The notes beneath the pieces were generated by a model. The model saw only the letters and a list, made by a program, of their open reading frames with translations. It was not told the DNA's origin and ran no database searches. This document shows, piece by piece, positions 40,444 to 54,400 of a DNA stretch of 64,000 nucleotides; position 1 is the stretch's first letter, and the number at the start of each line of letters is the position of its first letter. Made by a program: the position numbers and the translations under genes. The stretch is from the human T2T-CHM13v2.0 reference genome, Homo sapiens, in NCBI RefSeq assembly GCF_009914755.1, contig NC_060937.1, one strand, 5' to 3'.

Positions 40444-40755
40444 GATTGTGGGCAGTATTTAGGCCCTCCTTGGGTCACTGCTGACCTGCCATTGCTTTTT
40501 GACTCGTGGAAGACAACCTGAGCACTGGAACTTAGATGGATAATGTATTTGCCAGCAGTCTTGGGCAGAAGATGTTCTCTCTGTGAGTAATTGCTGACCT
40601 ATAGTTGTCTCTTGACCTGGGGAAGACCTATCAAAAGCACATGGGCTGTGTGGGGAAGCTAACTAGCCGACTAGGGATTCAAGCTTGAAAAACACGTGGG
40701 CAGTGTTTCCCGCAGCATGATGCTGCTGCCTACTTGAAGGCACCATGATGTGTAG

Positions 40756-41138
<383 letters not shown>

Positions 41139-42526
41139 TGATCCCAGGTGTCCTAGCCCTGCTGGTGGTTTCAGTGTTTACTGTGGAACAAGACAAGAGT
41201 GAAGCTCTTGTGAGGGGTCCCAAAATTGTGGCAAAACTGAAAGTCTGCCTCCAACTCACTTTTTTTCACTATAGAAACAGTGGGTTCAGGGGAATTATCT
41301 GTGCAAGCTTGGGGCAAGGGAGGCACCGTAAACAAAACAAAACAAAACCAAAAACTATTTTTCTTACCTTTCAATGGTGGCTTTCCTCTACTCTATAATC
41401 CAAGGGAAAGCTTAAGAAAATAAGAAGCATGGTTTTAATTCATCATATTAATAAAGACTCTGTGACTATTAGGTGGTTTATGTATTAAGATATATAAGAA
41501 CACGGGCTATTACAATAACAGCCTTACAACTCTAGTGTAAAATGCATTGAATAATTCATTTAAACTTGTGAATTTTTTAGACTAAGTCATAAATTTCTAT
41601 GAATGGCCATTTTAATCTGTTGAATTTAACAGTTATTTGGTACTTAGAATTATTTTGTCTATTAAATCAGATTATTGAACTATTTTATAAAACAGAGTAC
41701 TTATCTATTCAATGTATTTAAAACATTTAAAATGGCTTAACGATATTTTAGTCTGTGAGACAAAAAATTATTCTGATAATCCTAGAAATGATTGGCAAGA
41801 TTATTTTAGGGCAAACAATGAGATTATTTTGCAAGATCAACTTAAAATTTAATAAACATCAAGGGTTCCAAATAACAATTTTGAACTTATAACTTTATAT
41901 GTTAAATAACAATTGTGAAAACAAAATAAAAGATTAAAAGCATTTCTGTATAAAAACAGGCATGAAGGTCACAAAAATACAAAAGAACAAGCAAACGAAC
42001 TAACAATAGCTCTTAGAAAAACTTTAGTCTTTAGTGTTTCTATAACCCTGAATCCTCATATTTCTCATGGAGGCCAATAAGTAGTTTCCTATTTTTTTTC
42101 TGAAGCCTCACCATTCCTCATTTAATTTTTCTTTTCATCTTTCACATGATCTTATACCTCTAGATTTTTGATTCTCTGTTTTTTCCCACTACTTGAAAAC
42201 AGTTGGAAATGTTTAACCTTCTTAGCTTCACTGCTCTTCTCCTTAACCACATATAATGCTATCACTGTTCCCAGATTATAAGAATTTTCTTTTTGCTTTT
42301 TTTCTCTTAGCCTCAAAGCAGGTCTTTCTATTGTGCTTTTCTTGTTGTCTTTTCACTTTGTGGCCTTATGCAAAGTGAAAGCCATGAACTCATTGAATGT
42401 ATTGTTTATTTTAAAAAAAAATTATGTTCTCAAAAAATTTCTGCTCACTTAATTTCTCCCTCACTAGGAATAGTATCCATAAGATGTCTTTTCTATTCTT
42501 CATTGTTGAACAAATGTAAATCCAAT

Positions 42527-42829
42527 GCCGGGCGCAGTGGCTCACGCCTGCAATCCCAGCACTTTGGGAAGCCGGGGCAGGCGGATAACCTGACGTCAGG
42601 AGTTCGAGACCAACCTGGCCAACATGGTGAAACCCCGTCTCTACTAAAAATATAAAAATTAGCCGGGCATGGTGGTGCACACTTGTAATCCCAGTTACTT
42701 GGGAGGCTGAGACAGGAGAATCGCTTGAGCCTAGGAGGCAGGGGTTTCAGTAAGCCAAGATTGCTCTACTGCACATTCCAGTCTGAGCGATAGAGAAAGA
42801 CACTGTCTTAAAAAAAAAAAAAAAAAAAA
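42527..42829 (+). mobile_element. Alu (AluSx-like)
   Basis: Full Alu with poly(A); degenerate TSD gtaaatccaat / gtaaatctagt. Confidence 0.95.
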
Positions 42830-44331
42830 GTAAATCTAGTTAATTGTTTTTCTTCTTGGCATCTTTTTGTGGGATTTATTATTTCTGTTACTTTCCATGA
42901 GGTTTTGAGTGTGTAAACTTTAACAGGTTTGCTCTTAAATTTGGTTTAGTACATTTTCTTATTTTCTTTCCTTATCTCCAATACATGTTTTAACATCTAA
43001 CCAATACTGCTTTAAGTATTCTACATTACTCTGGAAAATATTTCTTAATAACATTCCTAGATCTTACAGGCCAACATATCTAGTCCACACTATTGGCTAC
43101 TTTAAAATAATTTTCTGGTTCTGGGTTCCATTTTCTAGATGAATTATATCTGTTCTGAGATCTTACATTTTATTTTTTCTTGGCAGTTTCTGAACACCGT
43201 ATGTTCTTTATAGTTTCCTAATCTCCTAATGGCTAAAATAAATACCTCTTTCAGGACCCTCTCAGAATATCTATTTTGCTGATTGTTATTTCTAAAATTT
43301 AGCCTTTGCAATATTATATCTTCTCCTAAAATAATTTCTAACTTTAGCTCAATTATTTCATTCTTCTTTATTTTTCTTTCATCTTCTTACTGCGCTTGGT
43401 CTGTTGGCACACTAAAGTTGATTCCTTTTGTTATTGTTTTAATTCATCCCATTTTATATCTTCTAATTTTCCTAAAAGCAGAATGTTCCAGTAGTAGCCT
43501 TTGGAATAGTAATGATTCAATTGACTATTTCCTTTATGTCAACCAAGAATATTAACTATTACCTGTATCTAAAGGGCACTTATCTCACATTATCAATCAA
43601 TAAAAATTCTCCAAATACTTGTATAGAATCCAGTGTTTACATTTCTAAAATCTATAACTGTTATAAAAGCTTAAAACAAATAACAATCTGACATGCGATC
43701 ATTATAATGGGAAGGGGACAGGGAAAACTCCTGTTGTGTCCAACGTCCTTATCATTTAACTGTAATAATGCCTAAAATACAGTGTAACTATTACAGTTTA
43801 TCAAAATATTAACTAAAACTTACTTTAGCTTGCTTAGCCTGTTTATATAATCTTCAAATTTTAATTTACCTTAGTCCTATTGTCTGATCATCATTTGCCA
43901 TAAGAATTTATATGGAAGTAAGAAGAAATTTCAGTCAAAATTCTCCAAGGTGTTTCTCCTGACCACAATTCATCCTTCCCATTATTTCTGGTCTGCCATT
44001 TTGCTAAAACCAGGCACACTCCCATTCTTTAGGGGATTTGTAGCCTGCTGAGCCAAAATAGATTTTTTATTCTGAATATTGAATATCTAACTTATAAGGT
44101 CTCTATTAGTTTTAATCGTTAAACAATTCCATGATTTTCATAATCTGCTGTTTTTTATCTGAAAGTCAGCCTATTTTAGTAACTCTTATTCATGCACACT
44201 CCATTATTCTGGGGTTGGAGGCAAGAAAAAAGAACTAATACTTATGCCTTCTCCCATAATATTCTAACATTTCAAAAGAATTAAGGAAAACAGTCACTGC
44301 CCCAAACCGTGATTAAAGAGGTAATATTTTA

Positions 44332-45023
44332 ACTTCCATTTCAGTGCCACCATTTAAAGACGTTGAAAAGGGTCATGCCCATTCTAATAACAAGAAAAAT
44401 CTAGACAAAGTGAAACCAATGACTTTTCTTAAACCTATCAAAGAAATTATTTGCAGAGAAAATAGCCACACCAAAATCTGGAGACGCAGATGACTCCAGA
44501 GCCCCAGTTAGAATCTACTAAATTGGAACAGAAACCATTGTACCCATAAACTGGTTGGGTCACTTAACTGTAATTTTGATGAATTGTTGGAAGCTAAATA
44601 TGGGCTGAAGTGAGAGTAAAAATCTCCTCGGTCAGCTGTCTTAGTGGAAGCCTCACACTTTGAAGGTTTTAACTTCCAGAATTCCACTAAGTTCTCAAGT
44701 TGAAGATCTGATAATGATCCTTATCTGGCTCTGGCTAGGAGAGAGAAAGTGTAATCCATATGAAATTCATATAGAACCTTCTTGATAACAAGTATCTACT
44801 CTTCAGGGCAAACACGGTACTAGAACTTTGTACCAAAGATGAGAGAAAAGGAATTCCTCTAACTCCAGGTGCTTTAGTCTCCCTGGTTGAACTAAAGAAG
44901 GGAGGCTATACAAGAAGAAACATTTGTGAAGTTCACAGCCCAGAATCACAGTATCACTAAAAATCTGATGATTATTTGGAAAATTATATAATGGTTCAGG
45001 TTAAAAACACCCTACCACCATAC
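44332..45023 (+). mobile_element. Old L1M 5'-region fragment
   Basis: It begins acttcc.. and resembles the segment at 58535 onward in motif order (aaagt..gacaaa/gactg..aa..aat.acttttctt). Confidence 0.5.
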
Positions 45024-45588
45024 CACCTAGTCCTTATAATAATCGCAATTGGCATTAATCAACTACACCTGGCATTCCTTCACATCTGTACTCACTTTTT
45101 TTTAAAGCTATACTATTCATATATTCTGGATCCATCATCCATAACCTCAATGATGAACAAGACATCTGAAAAATAGAAGGATGATTCAAGGCTCTGCCCT
45201 TCACTTCTTCCTCCCTTATTATCGGCAGCCTCTCACTTACAGGAATACCTTTATTCACAGGCTTCCACTCCAAAGACCTCATCTTCATAACCACAAACAC
45301 GTTGTGTACCAATGCCTGAACCCTTTTAATCACTCTTACTGCCACCTCCTTGACAGCTGTCTGTAGCACCGTATCATTTTCCTCGCACTGATAGGACAAC
45401 CTCGCCTCACAACTCTATTATTAATGAAAACAATCCCTTCCTAATTAACTCAATCAAGTGCCTATCAATCGGTAGTGTCTTCGTCAGATTTTTCATCACT
45501 AAAAATATTATTCCTATATCATCACCCCAAACAGCTATGCCACTCCACCTAAAACTTACAGCCCTTGGTGTAACCATCTTAGGCTTTT
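45024..45588 (+). pseudogene. NUMT: nuclear copy of part of mitochondrial ND5 (MT-ND5 pseudogene)
   Basis: Collinear with mt ND5: attggcattaatcaa..cacctggcattccttcacatctgtactcac ([15 protein letters not shown]), ggatccatcatccataacctcaatgatgaacaagacat ([13 protein letters not shown]), acaggcttccactccaaagac, ctaaaacttacagccct. Frameshifted. Confidence 0.95.
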
Positions 45589-45870
45589 CATATTAAAGTA
45601 AACCTAAAATAAAATATATTAGCAATTTAAATGAGGCCAAAATAATTATTTACAGATATCTGTGTGAAGAATCCTTGTGTTTCTTAAATTTACATCAGCC
45701 TACATTTTTCTAAGACAAAATAGTATCTTCAAAGTTCAGGCCTCACAAAAGGTGACCCAAATTGCATGAGTTATAATCTTCTCAATAGTGTTGTAACCTA
45801 CTGGGATCGCTATACTGTAGTCTATGTGATATCTAAATAAAGGAAAAATAAAAAATTAAGAAGTTTTCAT

Positions 45871-46150
45871 GGTCCAGCACAGTTGTTTATACCTTAAATC
45901 CTAGCACTTTGGGAGGGTGAGGTGGAAGGATCGCTGGAGGCCAGGATTTTGAGACAAGGCTGGGCAACATAGTGAGACCTTGTCTCATGAAAAAAAAAAA
46001 AAAAAGCCATGTGTGGTGGCATGCACCTGTAGTCCTATCTACTCAGGAGGCTGAGGCAGGAGGAATGCTTGAGCCCAGGAGGTTGAGGCTGCAGTGAGTT
46101 GTGATAGCATCACCGCCTGGGTCATAGAGTGAGACCCTGTCTCTAAAAAA
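45871..46150 (+). mobile_element. AluJ
   Basis: Diverged dimeric Alu with AluJ diagnostics (gcttgagcccaggaggttgaggctgcagtgag; gagaccctgtctc). Confidence 0.92.
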
Positions 46151-46609
46151 ATGATTAAAAAATCAAAAATGAAAAAAAGAATTTTTTAGTATATTTTTAT
46201 CCTTATTAAGTATACTTAATTTTTTGAACTTTAAAGAAATGTCTGCAGAGTTATTTAGAACTACTCATAAAAGTGCTATGAAAATAACCACAAATAATAG
46301 CCAATATCCTACTTTAAATTTCTCATACAACCTATCTTCAATTTGTTCCTTCTATGCAGACAAACTCTACAAGTTGAACATCATCTCTTTGTGTTAATGA
46401 ATAAATCACAATTTCTGGACCCATATATCTGAATACCAGCTTAGTCCTTGTTAAAGTTATTAATAGCCTGCAAAATCATAAATGAAGTCTGAAGATAGTA
46501 TTATAATTGAATATCTTCCACAGAAATTAGAAAAACAAAAGACTGTGGCCAATAAAAATTTAAATTTTAAAACAGATATGTAAGGTTTTCAAACCAAATG
46601 ATGACCACT

Positions 46610-46745
46610 TGTTAGAATGTAAGCTGAAGGAGGGCAGATATTTTTTTCTGTTTTGCTTTGTTTTTTATTTTAACTGTCAGGACCACAGCACTTAGAACAC
46701 AGCCTCATATGTAGAAGGTGCTCAGTAAATAGTTGTTATGGAAAT
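46610..46745 (+). mobile_element. L2 3' end
   Basis: tagaatgtaagct...agggcag...tagaaca...gtgctcagtaaatagttgtt. Confidence 0.8.
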
Positions 46746-48321
46746 TCATTAATGAGTCCTAAGCCTGTTAGTCTATTTCGTACTTACTATATTCTTGTTG
46801 CATTGGGTTACTTAATAGTTTTAAAGTGTAATTTTATCTTATTGTGATGATTCAGAGTCTCCATCTAGGAAAACAGACAATAAGCAATCACTGTTATACA
46901 TTTGCATTTATTATTTATGAATTGACAAGAAAACTACATTTGAAAATGCTGAAATGAGATTATTCACAAGTAATTTTTCATGTCTTGATTCCAATTTAAT
47001 TTATTTGGCTATATTTTGTTTCTAAGCTGTTAAAAATGTAAATCTGGATTGATTATTCATTATTGAAACCATATTAAGGGAACAAATGCATGTCAATGCT
47101 TCAAAAAGTTCAAGGATGACTATCAAAGATGGAACAAAATATGAAACTATATTCTTTGAATAATGTCTCATGATTTCTGTACTCAGAGTATCTGAGAAGG
47201 AACATGAAAGGGTGAATAAAAATAATGTTGTTTTTTTTTTGTTTGCTGTTAATATTATAATTTCTTGTCATTATTAGCTTTATTGTATGATAGTACTCCC
47301 TGAGGATGCTTTCAATAAACTTTAAAGGCTATTTAAGTGCTCTATGTTTGCATTTCTATAGCATTCTATACATAAAGCTATCATTGTCCTTCAGTATAAT
47401 GAACATATTATATTGAAGAACATTTACTTAGTTGTCTATTTTTTCGAAACCTAGAAACTAACATGAGGATTGAAATTACAGTTATCTTTAGTGCATGGTA
47501 AAAATAGTCATTCAATGTTGATTGAGTCAAAGTGATGGAAAAAAATAGAAAGCATTAAGATTTTCTGTCTTTAAACATATGCCAGAATCTTATGTATTCT
47601 GAGGAGTAAAATTTACAACTGGTTCTTGAAGAATTTAAAGTGCTCCTTGTCAAAAAGAAAAACAGATAATTCTAGAAACAGCATTAGAGGTAATGATCAA
47701 AGTTGATTGCTCTTATAGAGTGGCTTCAAAAGTATAATTTGCCATTATAGAGGTATAAGAAATGGTATCTTCTAAACAATATACTTCTGACTGTAATTTG
47801 AACTGGAAAATATCTATCATTATGCCAAATACTTAAAAAGGAGAAGTTGCTGTTTGGCATTTGTCAGTAACAGGAGAATACATATTTCACTAAGAATATG
47901 TCAAGGTTGAATGGAAGTGTATAATATTATCTTGGTAGAAAGTACATCAGATATAACAACTTCAGGTCCTTATCTCTGCAGTATTACATTTATATTTTTG
48001 TTTTATGTATACTATTATTATTTTCCATATACTGAATGCCTATATAGGGAGAAAGAATGTCTAAGTCTCAATATCTAATGTGCAATGTGTCATACAAAGC
48101 ATACTATATTAAAGAGGAAATTAGTGTTTAGTTCAATGAAAAATTATACGCATTAAGTGTAACGTATTTGACTCATTTGGTTTTTAGAAATTGAAAATGT
48201 CAAGTAATCTCAACTAATGGGGTATAGAAGTAAGATCATAAAAATGTTGTATAAACTCAGTGACAGCTGTTACTACAGAGACTACAGCACAGTTGGGACA
48301 GAAAGATCTTTGGTGACTCAG

Positions 48322-50697
48322 TGTAGTAGTCTGCTTTTGCATTGCTCTAAAGAAATACCTGAGACTGGGTACGTTACAAAGGAAAGAGGTTTAATTGGCT
48401 AATCGTTCTGCAGGCTATACAGAAAGCATGGTACTGGCATTTTCTTAGCTTCTGGTGAGGCCTCAGGAAGCTTACAATGATGGTGGAACACAAAGGGGGA
48501 GCAGGCATTTGACATAGTGAGAGCAAGAATGGGGGCAAGAAGGTGCCACACACTTTTAAACAGCCACAACTCGTAAGAACTCACTCGCTATCTTGAGGAC
48601 TGCACCAAGCCATGAGGGATCCATGCCCTTGACTCAATCACCTCCCATGAGGCCTCACCTCCAACATTGGGGATTATATTTCCACATGAAATTTGAGGGC
48701 ACAAATATCCAAACCACATCACTTCACCCCTGGCCCCCCAAATCTCATGTACTTCTCATATGTCAAAACACAATGATCCCTTCTCACTAGTTTCTTAAAG
48801 CCTAACTCATTCTAGCATTAACTCAAAAGTCCCAAGTTCAAGTCCAAAGTCTCATCTGAATATAAGTTCCTTCTACCTATGAGCTTATAAAATAAAACAA
48901 GTTATTTACTCCTAAGATACAATGGGGAGCATAGGAATTGGGTTAATATTTTCATTCCAAAAGGGAGAAACTGACCAAAAGAATGGGGGTACAAGCTCCA
49001 TGAATCTTCAAATCCCAGCAGGGCAGTCATCAAGTCTTAACCCTCCAAAATAATCTTCTTTGACTCTCTGTGTCACATTCAGGGTACACTGAGTCAATGG
49101 TGGGCTTCCAAGGACTTGGGCAGCTCACCCATGTGGCTCTGCAGCTTACAGCCCCTGGTGCTACTTTCATGGGCTGGCGTTGAGTGCCTGTGGCTTTTCC
49201 AGGTGCAGGGTGCCAAGATGTTAGTGGATCTACCATTCTGGAGTCTGGAGGACGGTGGCCCCCTTCCCACAGCTCCACTAGGCAGTGCCCCAGTGGGAAC
49301 TCTGTTTGGGGCTTATAGCTCCTCATTTCTTCTCTGCACTGCCTTAGTAGAGGTTCTCTGGGAGGCCTCCACCCCTGTGACAGGCTTCTGCCTTGGCACA
49401 AAGGCTTTCTTGTATGTCCTCTGAAATCTAGGCAGAGGCTGCCAAGTCTCCTTCAGTGTCACATTATTTGCATCTACAGGCTTAACACCACATGAAAGCC
49501 ACCACAGCTTATGGCTTGCACCCTCTGAAGCAGTGGTCCAAGCTATATCTGGGGCCCTTTGACCTAAGGCTGGAGCCAGAGCAGCTGGGATGTGAGGAGC
49601 AGTGTCCCTAGACTGTACAGACTAGATCTCAGGGCCTGTGATGGGAAGGCTTGCCTTTTTCCATTGTCATGACTATCAGCATCTGGCTCCTTCTTAGTTA
49701 CACAAAACTCTTTAGCAAGTGATTGCTCCATACTCTGCTCTAGTTTATCTCCTGAAAAAGTTATTTCTTTTTTCTGCCAAATGACCAGGCTGCAAATTTT
49801 CCATGTTTACACTCTCCTTTCCTTTTACAAATAAATTCCAACTTTAAGTCATTTCTTTGCTCCTGCATCTGAGTTTGGTTGCTAGAAGAGGCCAGGTCAC
49901 TTCTTTAATGCTTTGATGCTTAGAAATTGCTTCCCCCAGATACCCTAAATCATCACTTTGAAGTTAAAAAGTCCATACATCCCTAGGGCATGAAGAGAAT
50001 ATAGCCAAATTCTTTGCTAAGGCAAAATCCACTTGACTTTTGCTCCATTTCCCAGTAAGTTCCTCATTTCCATCTGAGACTTCATCATCCTGGAATTTGG
50101 TGTCCATATCACTATGATCATTTTGGTCACAACTATTTAACCAGTTTTTAAGAAGTTTCAAATTTTCCTTCATCTTCCTGTCTTCCTCTGAGCCCTCCAA
50201 ACTCTTCCAATTTCTGCTTGTTACCCAATTCCAAAGTTGCTTCCATATCTTCAGATATTTTTATAGCAATGCCCCATTTCTTGGTACCAATTTTCTGTAT
50301 TAGGCCATTCTTGAATCACTATTAAGAAATACCTGAGGCTGGGTAATTTATAAAGAAAACAGGTTTAATTGGCTCCTGATTCTGCAGTCTGTATAGGAAG
50401 CATGATGCTGGTATCAGTTCAGCTTCTGGGGAAGCCTGAGGAAGCTTGCAATCATGGAAGAAGGTGGAAGGAGAACAGGCTTCTCACATGGCAGAAGTGG
50501 CAGAAAGAGTTGGAGGGAGGTGCCACAGACTTTTAAACAACCAGATCGCGTAAGAACTCTATCACAAAAACAGCAGCGAGACATGAGGAATCCTCCTTCA
50601 TGACCCAATCACTTCCCACCAGGCCCAGGCCCCGCCTCCAATATTGCAGGTTATATTTCAGCATGATATTTGGGGAACAAATATCCAATGTATTTCA
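48322..50697 (-). mobile_element. Full-length MaLR element (MSTA/MSTB): LTR 48322-48721, internal region, LTR 50296-50697
   Basis: Two LTRs with TG...CA ends, an MST internal region, and a perfect 5-bp TSD CTCAG (48317-48321 and 50698-50702). Confidence 0.95.
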
Positions 50698-51074
50698 CTC
50701 AGTTATCTCTTTGCTCCATCAACAGCAAGAATTCTTAATCTTTATTATAGTGACTCAGCTTAATTCCTTGTTACTGTTGTTATTGTTACTAGTAGTATAT
50801 CAAGATATCCTATTAAGTATACCATACTTATAGCTATAAATGTTGTTACTCATTTTATATACAACACATTTACTAGTAAATATAGAATGTGTAATATATG
50901 CATACATAGAATATATATAATACACACATATGCACATATACATATATATGATATAAAGCAATTATGCTTCATGCTAGTCTCCTGCAAGCTGTTTCATATT
51001 TTTTTCTTTTCAAACAAGTTAGGTTTAAAAACATTTTATTTCCCTGAAAACTTGTTTTCATAGAATTATACAGA

Positions 51075-51282
51075 GCTATGTTCTTTCATGCAGAAACAAA
51101 AAGCCACATGTGACTATTTGAACTAATAGTTAAATTAAAACTAAGTATAATTAAAATGTATGTTCTTAAGTCATACTAGCCACATTTCAAGTGCTCAGTC
51201 GTCACATGTGAATGTGACTACTCATATTAGACATTACATATAATAAATATTTTCATCTTAGAAATTTCTATTGGCCAGCATG
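51075..51282. mobile_element. MER3-like hAT-Charlie element
   Basis: agccacatgtgactatttga...ctagccacatttcaagtgctca...ttctattggccagca. Confidence 0.8.
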
Positions 51283-51309
51283 TCTATGTAGATTAAGAGC
51301 AACACAATA

Positions 51310-51482
51310 GACTTTTTGAATCATATTATCATAATTTCTGAGTGACTTAGTGATGCTTTTAAACTTTTCTAGGCTTCAACTTCTCTGTGTGTAAAATAAA
51401 GATGATAGCAATATCGGTATCATAGGACTTACAGCAGAATAATTTACTACATGTAGAATCCTTTGCAGAGTGATGAGTACAT
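51310..51482 (+). mobile_element. MIR fragment
   Basis: tgagtgacttag...tttaaacttttctaggcttcaacttctc..tgtaaaataaagatgatag. Confidence 0.6.
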
Positions 51483-54400
51483 TGAGAAGCTGAATATGCA
51501 AATGGATAATGTTCAGATCATATATAAAAATAAAACACTGACTCACAACCATAGCAATTAATCCAGTAAGCCAAGCCATTATCTACATCTACCTAGTACC
51601 CAGTCAGGAAGTCAAACTACTATCATTAGGAACCATTTCAGAAAACCAAACAATAATCCCTGTAATAGTCAAAAATGAGTAAAACCTAATTAATAACTAA
51701 AAGATTTCTTATTTTTTGCCCCAATGTCCAACTTAGCTTCAAATATAAAATGCTAAATATGCACCCCTAACCAATTACATAGGATGCCCTGCTTCTAGGT
51801 AGCTTGCCTACAGCCTTTCCATGCCAACAGTTCCAACCAAGGCACACTAGATTTTTCCCTTTTGTTCATCATAAAACTTTCTCACTCCTCTGCCTTCCTT
51901 CGAGTCTTTTCCAAAACACAATTGGTGGTTGCCAACTCTCTTGCTATAGCGAACTCTGAATAAATGCCTTTACTTGTTCTTACTTGAGTGATCATATATT
52001 TCCACAGTTATAGTGAAGGTTCTATTAAGATACGCTCTGCACTGTCTGATGCTGTGGCCGCAAATCTTCAACCAGGTGCATAACCCAGAGAGGATGCTTG
52101 CAACTTGCTGCTTACAGGTTGAATTTTCAATAATGTAGTGTCAGCACTGGGTCTGAACTCAACTCTGTGATAGATTTCATTGCTATTTATTCAACGTTTG
52201 GTACTTAGGTTTTGTCATAAGTTCTATTTTTTGACATCTTTGGTGGATTCATACTATTTATTTTCATCTCTTTTTGCTGACTTTTGTGTTACTGTTTAAC
52301 GTTGTGCTGTCTAAAAGTGTTGCTTCTTATTAGAAGACGAAACACAGAGTAGAATATAGGCATAGGCCCTATAAGCATGTTTTTCAAACCAGCTTCAGGG
52401 ATGGTGAGTTTGTAATTCCGACCGAATCCACATTCACTTGAACAAACTGTGCTGTGAGTGATCAATAAATCCAAATGAAGTTCTTCCATCTCATTTTTAT
52501 TGTCCTGAGAAGTCAGCTTTGATTCAGGGTGAGCATTCTTTCTGGTTTTCCACCTGCCACCGGGCATAGATTATTCAGTTTGTGTTCAGAGATGACCAAT
52601 TGTCAGATTGGGAGCTCAAGACAAAAGGAACACAAGAATTATGTCCCTCATTGTCACAGACAGCTCTAATGGGGGTTTTTAAAGTGTGAATCCTCACCTC
52701 TTTCAGGAAAAAAAAAATTCTGTTTCAATGTACTCTCATTACAATTCTACTATTTGTACCTATCTTTCTAACTGGCACAACTTCACCAAGGCCGAATGAG
52801 TCTTGTGTAGCCGCTGTGGTGACTGCCAGATTTAAATAAAATTGTTCATTTGAGAAGTGTCTTAGAAAAGAAAGGCAGTATTTCTCAGACCTAATGGGTA
52901 GCATATTTTGATTGATATTCAAATTCCTCCAAATAAAATTCTCAATTAAAATTTGCTTTACTAAAACATATTTGGCTCAAAGACCATGAGCAATTCAGCA
53001 AACTTAAGCAACAACAAACTAAATCCATTTCCCTAGTAAATCCTCTCTTCTTAAGCCCCAGTTCCTTTCTTATACTCAGATTTTCTCTCTTTTCCTTTTG
53101 ATCTCCCTCTTTTGGCACTCCTGTCAACTCCTCCATCCTTGACCAGAAAACCCTACATTTTCCCAACAACTCTCCTAAAATCCCAATATGCCAGTGGTTT
53201 CTAAATATCTATCCCTCTCATGAACTACAAATGTAGGCAATTATATAATTAAATGTTGAACTTGAATCGAATTAAGAGTTAAAAATAAAAATTTACCTCA
53301 ACCCAAGCAAGACAAGTAAATATTCATGAGAGAATTTAGAATTATTTTGGTTTCATGACACCCAGGATTACTTGACCAGTATCACCTTGTACAAATGTCA
53401 GTCATAACCTTGGATGCTAAATATGTGATAGAAAGAGCTGATTTGACACTCCTGGAAAGGAACCTAGGAGATCTTTCTTTCCACAGTTAACCTGAAGGCC
53501 GTTAAAAGGCCAGACAAGTAGATGAAAGTCTCCTAAAAGTCATACCTGAAAAATGACTAATAAAAATTTAATATATCATTGTTTAATTATGCAAACAAAC
53601 AAACAAAAGATGAAAGAATAGGATATTTTCTGGATAGAATAGAGAATACCTTATGAAAATACTTGTAAGTTATGTGCTAATATAGTAGTAGCCCTTTGAT
53701 CTCATTTTGTCAGTAAAGTGAAACTTGAAATTGAGACCTAATTAAAAAGAAAAAAAGGGAAATAATCCCTTTATCTGAACTTCAATATTTGGCAGCACAT
53801 TTTAAAATCGATTTAGAATAAATATGAGACATAACCAATATAAAGTTTTAGTCCTACACATGAAATTGTTTGGTGGCTCATCTCCCAGTTGGACACCTAC
53901 TGACAAGGACACTGGTAGATACTGTAAATAGAGTGGACGCTGAAAAAAAGATGGTCTCATTTTACAAAAGAAAAACCAAGATTTTAAAAATCCCTTAATT
54001 TAGATCAAAGGAGGTGCTCTGAAAAGGGAAAAATCATCTAACATCCTGCCATACTCTCAAACACTCAAAGTAAATTAACTATAAATATAGATGGTCACCC
54101 TCATGAATTTCTGGTACATATGGTTACCACCCTGGCCACATTAAACTCCACTACCTTTGTTCAACCTCTTCCTCGAATTAACGTGCCACATAGGTGGTAG
54201 GTATTTCAAATAACCAACAGATTTTTCTCCTAACACTTAACCATAAATCTGGTGCCCTTGACTGCAAAACATTTCTTTTTGCTCTGTGATACCTAACTCC
54301 TTCAAATTTAGCAATACAGACATACTTTGCAAATTGAATTCAATATTAAATGCATATCAAAAGGGCTTTTTCTTGAGGTCGAAGAGACTCTTGTATTCAT

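Noticed and set aside
40166-40521. G/E/R/K-rich and P/S/L-rich ORFs
   Set aside because: Products of the polypurine low-complexity tract.
45055-45399. 114-aa minus-strand ORF
   Set aside because: Antisense frame of the ND5 NUMT.
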